64,000 nt of DNA from Acanthaster planci (Eukaryota), in assembly GCF_001949145.1 (NCBI RefSeq), contig NW_019091356.1:4260934-4324933 (forward strand). The letters are read 5' to 3'. The translations under genes were made by a program, and so were the position numbers. The stretch's first letter is position 1, and each line of letters opens with the position of its first letter. Shown here one piece after another: positions 48,276 through 62,438 of this stretch. The notes under the pieces were generated by a model. It was given only the letters and a program-made list of their open reading frames with translations, made no database searches and was not told the DNA's origin.

Positions 48276-51200
48276 CTTAAGGACGTTTCGGTTAATTGAA
48301 ACATGTAAGCAGGAGGGTTGTACATAAGATATCTAATCGCTGCAAAAATTATTTTTGGTGTCATCAGATGGCCACACCCAAACGTGTTACTTTAACACTG
48401 CTGGTGTTAATTTACATACTTACAAGTGTTACAATGCGCTGGAGGTTGTTGAAAGTAACGCCAAGAGTGTTGAAATAACGCTAGGAATTTCAATACCGAA
48501 TGAACGTGTTGGCGTGGTCCCCTTACCACTTTTCTTTGCAGTGTTGGAATTTAATTGTCTGAAGTAATTTATTCTGCTGGGAGGCTACAATGCATTTCAT
48601 CAACAATGTGAGCAATTGTTAATGGTAATTCCGGGTATAAGACAATATTGTTGATACAAAGCCTGCCTTGACTACAATGGTTAGTGAGCTTTGTTAATAA
48701 GAATATTTTTAAAAAATGGATTTAATTCTTAATACACATGCTTTTAAACTGGTAACTGGCTTTTTGTTCTTTTTGTTAGATGAACTTTCCCATTACATTT
48801 CCACGAGTACGCTTCAACAAAGGTTTACGCTTACGTGCGTTCATTTGTCAGTGAATCGCCACTCTCTGAAAGCCATGATCGTGGCATATTTTGATGAGGT
48901 GTTTACACTTACATGAAGGGATGGTGAAAAGAGCAGATATTAGATTTTAAAAAATCGTGCTCTCAGTTGGTGTAGTTATGACGGTACTAGTGGTTTTAAC
49001 AGTGGTAAAGTTTTTCTAAAGAGAATTTTCAGTCACGTGATTTTTGACGGTCACTTTTCAGTTTACACGGTAACCCGTGCGCCTTCGAAGTCTCTCAGCA
49101 TTGTGGCATATATGAACTGCCAATAGAAATACACTGATTCAAAAATGCGATCGCCTCCGCACACATGGTAAGCTTTCTAAAATGCGTTTGCCCGTCATAT
49201 TACGTCACATGAAAAACCTCTAAACGTCTGCTTACCCTCCTCTAAAAATCTAGTATTTCTTCTCTTTGCGTCTGCTTCTGTTGAACTGAATTGTCTTAAT
49301 GCTGCCAGAAGTTGGTTTTTCTAAACAAGACTTGTTCTTCACAGAGCCTTGATTCTTTAGTAAGCAACACACCGAACAGTTGGAGGGAATTAAAAACGGT
49401 TCAAACTCGCGCTTGTTCGACTTTTTCTCACACTGTTTAAAGCCTGAATTACGTTGTACTATGCACAGAAGCAGGAATATTGCAGGTGGGACTGGGTTGG
49501 CGGTTCATGAATTCATTAATGCTCATGCTCAACCGTGCCTTAGTTTTGTTCCGCTATTACGGATTACATCTGGATTGTCTCTCATGAGAACGACATATCG
49601 CCACTAAGTCTACCCCGGAAATAGTGCAGATGCCGGCTGTTTCGATTATCTGAGTTCTGAGCTGACGGAGTCCACTTTCTGAGGCTAAGGTTCAAGTTTC
49701 ACCCGTACAACCGCTGCCCTGTATCAGTAGAAATAATATTTATGGAGACGCGAGAAGTAAAAATAGCGCCTGGCAGATCGATCTGGGCGTAAAAGGAGTG
49801 CCAAGAACAACATTATGGTCCTTTCGTGCAATAGGTAGAATCTAACTTCCCACTGGTCGTTAAGGAGGTGAAATAGTATACTGGGTTTAGGTCGGCAGAT
49901 TGTCTTCCAATATAAAGCCATTAGATGATCCTTTTTTGATGATGTCATGGTCATTTGTACCACATGATGGTAATGGAGGACGTGTCTGCTGAGTTGTTGT
50001 ATTGGGCAGTAGTGGTTACTTCAAAGTTAACTTCTGATTTAGTACAAAAACCTTCTTGCGATTTCCTTAATTTAATGCCTTGTATGCTGCTCCTGTTGCG
50101 ACGTACACAAACAACTGTTTCAATGCAATTCCATTGCACACTTGTAACTAATAGATGGCAAGAATGGAGCACAACTGTTAACGCTCGTTTCAGCCTCACA
50201 CTTTGGTCTTTCAATTACCGAGTCCGGGTGATAAATTCAGGTTCTTGTCCTGAGACGGATGGCGGGAATGTATCAAATAAAGGAAGCGCGTGTATCACAT
50301 TTGACTGTCACCTCATTAAACACGGAGGCGGTAGATGGAGCTCATCTCAAACAAAGTGACTTATAGATAACCAGATAATTGGTAAAACAATATTCTAGGC
50401 ACTCGGCTGGGCTGTTGGTTTTGCGGATGTGCATTGTTGGAGTTGATATTGAGTGTTTGTGTCGTTCCTCGTTCAGAGCGCTTACTCTGCAAGCTCTGTC
50501 AGTATGTGGCTTTATTTAAATACCTTGCTTTCTAGATTGGTGCTGAAGAAACCCCAATTCTAATATAATTTCAACCATTCCCCAAGTATGTGGATGTTTG
50601 TAGACACTTTGTTGTGCAATCTTGTAGCTGGCTTGTTTTGGTAACTGCTTTATTCCGCAGCTGCGTCTATTGCTATATGACAAAGTATATCTTTCTTGCG
50701 TGGAATGATTTGTGGGCTATCGATCTGAAGGAAACCGTACATCTTCGGTTCCACTGTCCGCGTCTATCCATACTGACGAAAGTCAGCGAACATTTCTTAA
50801 TTACTCCTTTGGATGCTCCGTAAATATCGACTTGGAGTGTAATCTATCAGCCACTAGCCCTAGAGGAGGGGGAGACAGCGGAAGCCCCAAGAGACACAGA
50901 GCATTTCACCGAGCGGTTCCCCCCTTTCTTACCGGTTCGGCACGCTTCTTTGTTTATTCCCCTAAAGACTTCCATTTAGGAAGTTCCCTCAAAAAGCGTG
51001 GCCTGGTGATAACGATGATGATGATGGAAGCGATCTTGCTCGATTTTAAGCAGTATTTGTCCTCCTGACCGGTCTCGGCTGCACGAATCACCAGAAGTTG
51101 TCTAAACTAATTTGAGGGAAGCGTCAACATATCCTGGAGGGAGCTCCAAGCAGGCTTGCCTCCAGGGAGGTTGGTTGAAGCCTGGTAATTTTACTGGACG

Positions 51201-52920
51201 CTTTTCCCTTCGTATGACTTTTCGGAGTAAACATCGATACTTTCCACTCTACCCCAATATCAAAATAGATGCTGAAGGATATCTTTTTTTGCTTTTTATC
51301 TTCTCTTTTTTACTTCATCCCCGCATATGTTGTGGCCTTTGGCTCGACAATACTGACAGTACTAAAAATTGTCAAATAAGTACAATCAAATATTTAGCCA
51401 ATCTTAATTCCTCTCATTGTATTTAATTATTTTTCAAAACGACCTCATAGGCATATAAGTAAAGCAAGAAATTTATCTTTTGAGAAGAGCTGTGTAGGCA
51501 TACAACTGACATACACTCACTTAGAGTAGATGCGTGTACGCCCCACAAAGGATAATGGAACAATTGAAAGTAAATATGGTGGTCTAAGATCTTGATGGAA
51601 AGCACTTTTAAAGAATTCTAGAAATTTGCTTCTTTGATTTACATCATTTCTTGACTTTGAAGTGTTGTCAGGGTGTAATCGTTGTACCACATCTGGAATG
51701 ATATTTCAAATGAAGCTGCTCTGTAGTTTTGGCATTCCAGGTCTCATCTTACACTGTGCCGTCATTCTGTCCCTTTGGCGGTGTTGCTGCGGAGTCCAAT
51801 TTCAGTTTTCTGTTGCCGGTGCTGGGCTGGACTTGCAGTCAGCGTTATTATCTGTACATGTTTACAATCTGTAATCAAGGCTGCATCCTCACAGATATTC
51901 CGCTGACTTTTCCTTTCCTGTGGAAGGAATGCGTGGCACACTGAAAAACCTTTAGAGCAAAAGGGACTGAAAATATTGGGTGTTCTCTGCATTATCCATG
52001 CTGTATACCGATTTAACTGGCAAATTATTAGCTGCAGGCAACGATAATCCATAATCCCTGAGCTGTGTTCGTGCGCGTAAAGCATCCCTCAAAACATGCA
52101 TACATGACCTGGAGCTGCCTTTAAAGTCCGCCCACAAAAAACATTATTGAGGTATTTGGCTGGCGGGTGAAAGATAATATCTTTACAAGTCTCCTGGATG
52201 TTTTCTGTATTTCATCGCATATGCAGAGGACATTTTACCTGATGAGATTACGCGCCAAGAAATCGAAGGATATGAAAAGGAGTTGAAACCGTCGCCCGCG
52301 TGGCGCTCTCGTTTGCGCGCCAAACCAAGCGGCGGTTTTCATCACTGTGATCTGCCACTCCGTGTTTGCAATTCTGAAAAGTGCCCCCGGATAAACCTCT
52401 CGGGCCGATTTTGGCATTTCGAGCTTCTTCTGTGCCGCGCACAGATGGGTCTTATCGCCGCCGCATACCTACATCTCTTTTAGTACGCTAGATCAAAGGC
52501 ATCTGAGTACCACATTGAGACTAACTGCTAACAACGAACCAAACTCGGGTGTCATTTCCGTCAGGCTTCAGGGTGGGTTCGCCCAGCAAGGCGTTTCTTA
52601 ATTCTCATCGTTCAGATGTCTTGGGATTGCATCTTCCTGCGCAGCATTCCTTCTCATCCATCGTTTCCTTTAGTGGAGTTCTCAAGGGTCTTTATTGAAT
52701 CTCTAGGGACAGGACTGGCGTCAGCGTGTGCTGCTGAAAAGCACAAACGGGGAGGGGGGAGGCGGAACAGAGAAAGAACAGTCACGATCGCACCTTTCAT
52801 TCTCAGATTTAATTTCCGCAGATGGATATTTCTTCCTTGAAAGAGATGGGCCTGAATGAGACGATAGGGTGGGGACAGATGGTGGCATTTCTTGTTGCAA
52901 GGTTAGGGTTGAAAGGAAGG

Positions 52921-53037
52921 TATAAAGATCTGACTTATGGATGATATGTTCCAGTATGAAGTCAAAAGTTATGTGGAGAACAACCTGTGCGTGTCTGATC
53001 CTGGTGATCGTCGAAGCTTTAGCCAGAAGGAGTAAGT
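52921..53037 (+). other. Candidate core promoter plus signal-peptide first exon of an unidentified secreted protein
   Basis: TATAAAG at 52921; Inr-like CCAGT with its A at 52953; ATG 52956 (in-frame second ATG 52971) encodes MKSKVMWRTTCACLILVIVEALARR; phase-1 donor A|GTAAGT at 53032. Confidence 0.35.
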
Positions 53038-56000
53038 TGAGTGGGTAGTCTATACGGATTGTACGTGATAAGTGATGCAAATTGCGATAGATGTGTTCCT
53101 GAACTGGATTTAGACGAACTTGCCACACGAACCAACAAAACCAGCCCCTCCCCCCTCCAAAGAGCCTGCGCAGTTAATTCGGATCAGTGGTGGTATTCGC
53201 ATCCGGACTGTGCGCATCTTGCCCTTCATGAATTACCTGACTTTTGTCCTACTCATTGCGGCCAACATCTGTAACGGACGGAAAATGCTTTATATCATGT
53301 ACTGTATGTTTCCATATTGTGCCAAGGACTAGAATTTGACAATAAAATATAAACATTGGAAGTTTTTAAATAAAGATATGAGCTTGAAAAGTCATGTTTT
53401 GTGAATATTGTTCCTTGGGCCCTTTTCTCACGGTGCATTTTTTTTAATGCGGTGGATTGAGTTTTACTTACAGAGGTTTTCAAACCGCGTCAAGTTTCAG
53501 AGCAATTTTACAGAATGCGCACTTATTGCCAACTTTACATCGCAAATTTGCCGTTCAATTTAATAAAGAACGATCACCTGTTTCCACTAAACGGAGATGT
53601 CGGCCTAAATACCCCAATACTCTGTGCATTAGCGACCGACTTACTTGTGAATATTGTAGACGAAGCGCGGCTTGTATTTGCCACCGCGCTCGTAATTATG
53701 CCCACTTAAAGTCCTCCGACGAATATTAACCGTGGCCACCTGAAGAGGCTTTTCCCGCCTTATTTTCCCCACCGTCGTTAGTGCGGCATCGGGTGTTTCC
53801 TGGATGAATCGAAGACGAGCGGGCAAGACGAACGAGAATGTCGCGGAAAGAAGACGCTCCTCCTGAGGGCGAATTCAGTAAGCAAAGACGGGGATGCGGG
53901 AAGAAGAAGAACTGAAAAAGGGTAGCCGCGTCCGGGAAGACGTTTGGAGAGGTTTGCTGGTGAATACAGCTCTTCAACGGTTTCCGGGCACTCGAGAGCA
54001 AACGGCCGCGCACGGGCCAACAACCCCAAGAGGTTGATGATGTAATTTTAATCAGTAAAGGGATGAGAAGAGAGGAACAGTGGGTTGGTAGAAATACGAA
54101 GGATGAGTGATGAAGGCCGGCTGAAGAGGGTCTTCCCTGACACACTGCTCTCCAGCATGAATGATATCTCAGGAGCTGATAAACTAAGTGGTGTATGCAT
54201 CAATGCAATTACATTAATGTGCTGACGTCATGAAACTGGAGTAAATGTGGGTGTTCGCTTTTGGGAACTGCCCCTAACATGTCTTGGGTTACATATCACT
54301 CGAATTCAAAAACCCAAAACGGATTTGAATAAACCCGGCAATACCATGTTCGTTTTAACTTCTGATAGCAATAGCCCTAAGATTTCCGGTTTAATTTTTA
54401 CTCTTGCTTAATTTGATTAGGTTGCGTCATTTGCGTCAAAGAAATGTCTTTTAAATAAATTTATAAAGTTTTTTGGATATTGTAACTTCGTGTGGTCTTT
54501 TCTGTACCAAGGCCTTGCGAACTCGATACTGTATAGCTTTTCACGCAAAACACATTAAACGAACATCAAATCATCTCTCTTTGACTGTCGTCGGACAGCC
54601 AAACATCAGGAAAAAAAATTGCACTGACCACCGGCGACATGGAATCATTATTGCTGTAGGCTCTGAGCTAATGTGTAGTTTGTTAGTCCCTTCTCTAAGC
54701 AGAGGCTACATTATTTCTGGTAAGAGGAGCCAATACCAGTTCCACTAAAGTCGCGCGTATTAGGTTTTGATGAAAGACACACCACCGCTATACATGCAGA
54801 CTGTTTAATGTTCCGTCATGAGGAAATGTCGGTATCGCAGTTAATTTGTAAGCTGCCTAACGATTGATGTAAATGGTACGACATGGAGGAAGAAAGGAAT
54901 ATATGCAGACGCGGAGTTTTATTGCTTTCGTTTGACCAGTGACGATACGGTCATTACTGTACATGAAACAGGTACCGGATTTTAGTCATGAATCTGGTTC
55001 TCGTTGTGTTAGTTTCATGGCGTGTGCATTTATGAGCAAGTCCTGCCAGATCTTTAGGATAATAACTTAGCTGGGGATTCATTTAGGCCTACACTTCTTT
55101 TTGCTTTATGGACAAATAAGAAATGTTTACCGCTTTGATTATTGGTTTCTTGTAAATACAGAAGAAACAAGGGCACATTGGTACTACTATTTGACGGAAG
55201 ACGTGGAAATATTGATGAGCAACCTTCTACGTACAACACACGCACTGATTGGAAATACACAGAGCTGATAAACATATTGCTTTTCGAATTAATCAGTCAA
55301 AGCCAGCTTGGAAATTAGTTTAAAATCAGTCACACTGTGTTTTTTTCGGAGACGAAATAAACCGACTTTTAGTTGGGGTGCATGTATCCTCTGACAAGCA
55401 AGCGACAAAATGTGTATTCTTTATTATAGTCGAGCATCCGAACGTAAAGGGCATGCAGGCACTGGCATCGATTGGCAACGTTTTCTGCTTTGTAGGACAA
55501 GGAGCACAATTCCAACTGGATCAAGAGTGTCTTTGTTTTAGGGTTCAGGATCTGAGTTGACGCACTTTAAGAAGGCGCGCACGCACGGCTCGAGTCTGCT
55601 TCCCCTCATCACGAATTCCACCCATCTGCCGGGGAGCCTCGCTCAGAGATGGCTATCGCAATTCACGCGCCCAGAAAAATCGATACAGTTGAAATTCACC
55701 TGTTTCCGAATCAGATGAATGGAGTCCCCTTTTGAGACAGAAGGCTCAGAAAAACAGGAGGGAAATTTCCCGGAGCAAATGCTTTCAACCATGCCTTTTG
55801 CATTCAAAGAGGAGAACACTCTGCAAAGTCTTTTTCTTTATCATCTGCCAAATGACGCCGCGTTATCGATGCGAAACGGAAACTGGTTAGGTCAAATCCT
55901 CAATGTGAATAATGTATAATGGATTTGGACTATCATGTTTGTGCTGTCCTTTCTTGGAAAAGCCATTTCCTGCAGTGTTTCTTAATCCGGCCATTTCTAT

Positions 56001-57499
56001 TGTTACAATATTTTACGACGAGTGCATTGGTCTTGCCTTCCTCATTTTGTTTATCTCTATATAAATTGCAAAGCTTATAGGTTTTTATGTTTGACGAAGT
56101 TTCCTCGAAGCAATATCTTTGCCTTATTTCTTCTGGCATTTTTCACTGTGTTGATTTTAAGTTCACTAGGAGCAACAGCTAAGAATTCAGATTGAAAATG
56201 TAAACAATATAATGAAATAATTTATTTAGATAATTTAAAGTTCTTCTTTAATCTGGTCTTCTGCAGAAACGATATGGCGCACCCAATTTGCACAACGCAA
56301 AGCACATTTTCAAAATATCTCTAACTTTGTGCTGTTGCGTTGCAGACTGTTTACAAGTTTTTGCCTGGGAATTAATGTCAGTAGCATGAGCAAGAGCCGC
56401 TAGAACAGCAGCAGTGTAAAACGACAGCAACACCACCAAATCATCATCAGCAGTGTCGGTGCTGCAACACCATGCAACCACCGTCCATCAGCTAAAACGC
56501 TACGTGCATCGTGCATGTCTTGATATTGGATTATTTTTAACTCTGCCTGAGACGAAACCGTGAATGCACAGCGATATTGCTTACACCTCTGGGGATTTCA
56601 GGTTGATCCATTCGGTGGCAGGAAAAAGACTGAAGGAAAAAGACAGATGTTTCTCGCAATAGTGTGACGTCAAGGGCTGCGTTGAATACGTCATCACAGT
56701 TTGAAATGTCTCTGTGTTTTAAAATTAGTCGGGCTTGGGGTGTGGGTTTTACAGTAGCAAAGTCTGTGAGTAAACTGATATCGGAAAATGTGTATACATG
56801 TATTACAGTTATATGTTGTCATTTCCTGCTATAATTTCAGTTACAGAAAACGTAGCTCGTGCCGAGTTTTGTTGAAGACAATGAACAAGATGAGACTGCT
56901 GTAAGTCCATCGTCTGAAGTAGATCTTATGTAGGCAGATCACACGAAGGATCACCAACTAATTGCATTATCAGTGCTTATTGGTCAGTGAAACAACCTGC
57001 GTGGTCACCCATAGCATGGCACACGCTGGAGATGTACGGAAGATCAGAGGTATGCAGACACGCACCATACACCAGACTTTCTCCGCGTAGGCCTTTATAC
57101 AATGCGATGTGTTTTACATGTTTGGCTTGATATGGTCTGTGCACTGTCTGCCTTAGCTTTGGGGAGGCTTTTTCCAAAAATTAGTCCAATTTCACCAGAA
57201 GTAGTTAGAAGATGAGGTCATTTTTATACCCATCTTATATTAAAATCATCTTTCAAAGCTTGTTGTACATAATAGTTCAAGGTTGAAAAATGTAGATATT
57301 AGCATATCATTACAAGGGAAACGTCGTTAAATATGCATGGAACTCATCGTCGTTCGAGTTGTAAATCTGGAAGCAGTGCGGAGGGATCAAATGTCATGGC
57401 GTCATTATTCACAATTGATGGATTTTACACCCACTCCTTGGCAAAAGTGCTATTCAACTTTCCCTTATCTTGAACAGGTTTCTTGTCACGCATGAGCGA

Positions 57500-57960
57500 A
57501 CTGTAATGGTCACGTTCGCGTCGCACTATGATTTCACCAACGATAGTCATTTCATTTTATCTTTCAATAAATGCAGCTCCTGTGAATTCAATCCTCGTTA
57601 TTTATCCACCTGGTATTGTGCTCAGCTGTTACCATTTGTCTTTGCATCTCGAAGGTAATTTGATGCGCTGTGTCTACATTGTGTTCAAACACAAACTGAT
57701 TTAATTCAAAACTTTAAATGATGATGTACACGACATTTCACCGGGAAACAAAATAGTTGCATGCTGGTTAAGAATAGAGCTACGTGACATTACAGCTTCG
57801 CGAATGAAGGATTGATGCAAATCATGTGGCATTCAAGGTCTTGGTAGAGGACAGTGGATGTTTGGCTTGAGTTATGTTGAATTACGAAGGACTGCGGGAC
57901 GAGTATATCCCAAGCCATTCCTGAGGTGTCTGGTGAGTTTTGTGTGGCTTCTGGTCTAAG
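57500..57960 (-). pseudogene. Putative relic of Polinton/adenain-type cysteine protease
   Basis: Degraded motifs in expected order, across frameshifts: WLGIYSS (57917-57897), ICINPS..CHVALFL (57822-57769), YFVS (57755-57744), LRD...S*AQY (57654-57613). Recalled consensus: FxGVF..D / IxNxD....HWVA / YFDSYG / LQ....CGxYC. Confidence 0.35.
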
Positions 57961-58021
57961 CGTGGAGACACGAGTGTCGCCCTGATTGTGTATGATGTCG
58001 AAGTCTAACAGTAATAAGCAA

Positions 58022-58980
58022 TTATGTTCCCATTTGACTTCTGGTGTGTGCTACCAGTTGGTACAGTCCAGGACCTTTGAAGTCTAATGACCATAGCATT
58101 TCGTACTCAAATATTTACCTTGTATTCTGGAGTGTAGGCGTGTGGTAGTTTGCGCTCAGTGTAAACACAACCTGTGTTGTACAACTAACTGCCTACTTTC
58201 GGTCTGGGATTTCTTCATAGTCTAAAAGCATAAATATTGTTTACAGCCTACCAATCACCAATTTTTTATTTGTGGTGGTAAGCAGCAAGCAGCGCCGTTA
58301 TTTTGACTGCCAAAAACGCCTTCGGAGCTATCGCAGTGATGTTCCGAAGAGATGCTCTGCCATTGGTAAGTTGATGATCCGCAAGGAACTACACAGACAC
58401 GAGAAGACACACGGGTGATGCGCTTCTTGCATGCTCCTTTTGTATGTATTGTCGTTTGGGGTCTCCTTCGCTTGCCGGATCTATATAAATTTGATATTTG
58501 CAGATCCGACGAAGTTGTACGGGTTGCGTTGCTAGGTACTGACCAAGTAGTCGCGGGAAAATGCCTCGTTCCCTGCCACTGTACCCGGTGCGATTTGTCA
58601 GCAGGTTTATGCAAATACCTTGTCTAGTAGATTTTTTCTTCCACTGAAATAATGTATTACATGGGGGTTCCAGTATCCCTTTGTACGAATTATGTTGATT
58701 GTTAATCCTGACATATGACTTTTATAAATAGGTAACGAACTGCCAACATTACAAATATTACACCCGGATATCGTTTGGTATTCTTTCAGTAGCTTGAAAA
58801 TTCTTAAGGTACATGTGGCGTGTCGAGTTTCTAATGTATAATTTTGGGAATGGAATTACATGGTTTGAATTTTCCGGTGGTTTGAATTTTGTGCAAATGA
58901 ATCTCACCCTCACCAAGTTTGTGTGACATAAATTGCTTCTTTCAATGTAAATACCTACTACTCTCAAGTGCACCATGTCA
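58022..58980 (-). mobile_element. Putative relic of Polinton/Maverick (adintovirus-like) major capsid protein, C-terminal part
   Basis: Collinear degraded motifs: KLYIR (58844-58830), LPIYKSHM (58735-58712), FSGRKNLLDKVF (58648-58613), NPYNF (58525-58511), DW-x6-YAF (58256-58224), LYNTGCVYTERKL (58184-58146), FEYEMLWSLD (58111-58082); multiple stops and frameshifts. Confidence 0.5.
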
Positions 58981-61900
58981 TATTGAGCAATGTCTTCACC
59001 GTTACTCTCAGTAGAGACCTATGCCTTTTCCATAGTCCATGCCTGCGCCAAAGAGTAAGATTGTTATTGACCTGTCACCTCAGACTACGGAAGATAATTG
59101 ATGAAGTGCCTGACTATGAAGTGCTGCCCCTCCTGCGCGAGGGCGAAACATTACTTGCATAGATGTTTTGTGTGCGACCTTGACATAATTTAATTTCTGC
59201 TTCGCAAAAATATTGGCAGTTTGTCAGGTTGTCACTTCCGATTTGACGCCTGTTTTCCCCGAAGCTTAAAATAGGCAGGGAAAAAAATCAGACAAGCCGA
59301 GACTTCCTGTTTTATACGCTTAAAACATGTTTGAGCTGCTCAGTTTGAAACATCAATTTGGTGTGCAGTAAGCAGGAGACATTGATTCTATTGAGAGTGC
59401 ATATTTTCAGAGATGGATCTCACTTCGAACTCTTGCAGGAACATTCAATCTTGAAAGTAAACAGTTTTCTGAGGAAAGTTACATGGTTAGACAACGGTGC
59501 TGTTAAGTGTCAGCTGACTGCACTCAAACACTTAAGTTGTTGCTTGGAAATCGTATTTCAAGTGTGACTCAAAATCCACATTTTTATTTGAATACCGGGA
59601 GTAGTGTTGACCGAGAGTAGATGCACAATGAGCTAGCATCTGATGTAAATGGAGGAATTCTTATTATAGACGTTGAGGTAAACGGATGACAAATACTTAC
59701 AGAGGAAACAACGCCTTTTGCTTTTATTGTAAAATGAAAAGGAAGCAAACTTGATAATATCATGGACGACAGGCGAGCGATCCACGATTTTTTAATTCAT
59801 TCCATTGCTGTTGAGACAGAAGCCAATGTGATTAAAGGGTCGGGGAAAAGACAGCCAGCGCTGATGTGCGCAAATGATATCCGATGATGTTCACATTCTG
59901 TCTGGAAAGATAAGAATAAGCTTGTTAGTTTCTTATTAGTATGTGTATAAGATCTTAATTTGGCTGATCTTATTAATTCGTGCTGGTTGATTTTATTGTT
60001 ACAGTGGACGTCAAGGGTCCACTTTGGTCTGGGTTTCGCTCAGTCATTACCATGAAGGGACGTGACGTGGCAATCCTCCCTTCACTGAATTGTCCATCTT
60101 CATCGGTTTCTAGCTTGCTCGATCCTGTCCTGGTTGGTTTGTGGCAATCTGTCCTTGTTTGCACAAGATCCGGTGAAAGATGTTCCTCCTTACCACACTT
60201 CTCAGAAGTCAGCATCTGTATGCCGGTTGAGACTGTGTCATCATTTCGAAGTAATGAGACCGGGTAGTATTATTTGTCATTATTGAAAGTTTCTCCCAGT
60301 CTGTCAAGTTTGAAAAGCAAGAATACTTTTCGTAGAACACCATGTGCCAACTCCCTTCAGCGCATTGTCAGTAAACAAGGGCTTAAATGAAGCCGCACTG
60401 CCAATGAACCGTGAAATATACGAGGATGCTTGGCATCCGTTATTGACGACCGAAGTCCCAGCGGCGAAATTTTAAAAACTAAACGTGACGCTGGAATTAC
60501 TGGTTGTGGAAAATTGGCCGGCTCTGTAGAATAACTGTCACTTTCCTATCTCCCCCGAGGCAGTGATTTATGTTGCGGTTTCCTCATTAAGAACATAATA
60601 TCTGCTCATCTTTACATATAGAGAATGACCTGAACACCTCTGATGTATTTAAAGACGCATGGATGGTGTATGTTTTTTTCTGAGTTGTGAATTCTTTGCG
60701 TTGTCTCAGAGGGTGATACATCGAAGACTTTGTGGTTAAGTCCTGTACACAATTTGAGCTGTCGACTACTACGTACTATAAATTTTGGTATTTCAATGGT
60801 AAGAGAACTTGGTTATTATTGCAACACCTGTAGGAACTAGATTGGCCATGTCCCACTGGTGAACGTCGATGCAAGGGCCAAACTCACAGAATTAACATTA
60901 CCGACGTAAAGCAGGACTAATATCATTGAAGCGAGTGATATATGCAGATTCATAAATATAAAAATTACAATATCTAACTTTCGGTTTTTATAGTTTTGTT
61001 ATAGGTTTTAAGTTTGTACGATGTTTACAGATCCCCGTGGTGACTTGGTAGAGGTTGTTAATTTATTGTTTGATCCACTGTACCTTTGGTACAGGGTATT
61101 TGGTATTTGGAGATCCAGGCCAAGAGTCGCCACGTTCTCATCATTGAACGTGGTCAAAGACACTCTAAACCAAAAAAATGTCGAGGGTCTTGCCGATATT
61201 GTCAGGTTTTGCTGCACTCTGAGGAGACCATGGCAAAAGTCTAACCCACAGCCAGTAGGACTTGCGTGTGTCAAATTATGCAACGACTGCTGACGCGGGT
61301 GCCGCACCGAGCTTCGGTGCTTAAGGCTTTCCAAATCACCCCGAGGCCCGTTCCCTGTATCTCCGACCTGTGTTCGTATTTACTGACCCCAAGGTTTAAT
61401 GCCAAAATACCAACAGAGCGCCATTTCGCTCCGTCCATTAGCAGCCGAATTTGTCGTATCGGCAGGGTCAGTGGTTTTTATTTTTGAAATGGTAAGTCGC
61501 CCCGTAGGCAATTTCTTTCAAGTGATATTAATGAAATCGGGGGGTTTTATTTGTTCCCCCTACCCATTTAAAAAAAATCAACGGCGTCACATGTATGATA
61601 CGGGATAGGGCTCTATTTTGCAGACACTACGTAAATATGTTGGATTCGATATCTGGATAATTAGCTGGAGGTGTTTCTCTTCGTGTTGAAGATATCACCC
61701 TGCTTCATTTAGCACAGACATTTAAGACGTCTGGGGGAAACACTTCACTTACTGCTTGTTTATTTCAGGTTTTAAAGCGGTTGAAGGTCCGTAAGTTCTA
61801 AGCTTTAAACATAGTTTCACGTTATTAAGCATGCCAGTTGTACTATAACAAAAGCTTTGATATCTCACCAAATTATCCTAAGTCAATGTTTGCATCAACG

Positions 61901-62438
61901 TCAGCCCGAAAGATTTAATGTTGCCATCCTATGCAAAATGACACCCAGACACCCCCGCATTCTGCTGTTTAATAAGCGGCGCGTACAGAGAGCATAGCGA
62001 AAATCGGTTCCGAAATTGCGGTCGTAATTTCACCACTTGTTTGATTTATCGTTGGTATCGATGGCATTTCGAGTCATAGAAAGTCGAATCCGTCTCGTCC
62101 AATCTCGAACGTTTCAGGATCGTCTGACAGACGAGTCTGCTCGCGACGGAAATTGGAGGGACCATTTTCTGACACGGCCGGCCGTAGGGAGTGGTATTTT
62201 GCACGGTCACTGAATACAATTTCAATCCATTCCGTCACCTTTTTTTCTCTCACAATCCAGAGTCGTTAGTGCGTGCGTGTGCGTGTGTTTCGGTACGTCT
62301 CTGCTGAAAGTAAGAAATCGCCGCCGAAAAAATTGCGCCAACTTCACTCGGATTCGAAACAGAGAGCTTAGTTGGCGGAAAGACTGAGGCTCGGACAAAC
62401 AAAGAGTCTGCTTGGTACTGAGATGGGCAAATTGTACA

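Noticed and set aside
49700..50214. Ig-domain-like fragments on minus strand (ITIMWYK; RKDH...ICQA)
   Set aside because: Too few residues, interrupted by stops and frameshifts; could be chance
56841..56900. AG/GTAAGT-bounded 60-nt segment as exon 2 for the 52956 signal exon
   Set aside because: Three stops in the required phase-1 frame
59973..61334. Exon-like ORFs on both strands (59973-60300, 61008-61334)
   Set aside because: No consistent strand, phase or domain; cannot be linked into a gene
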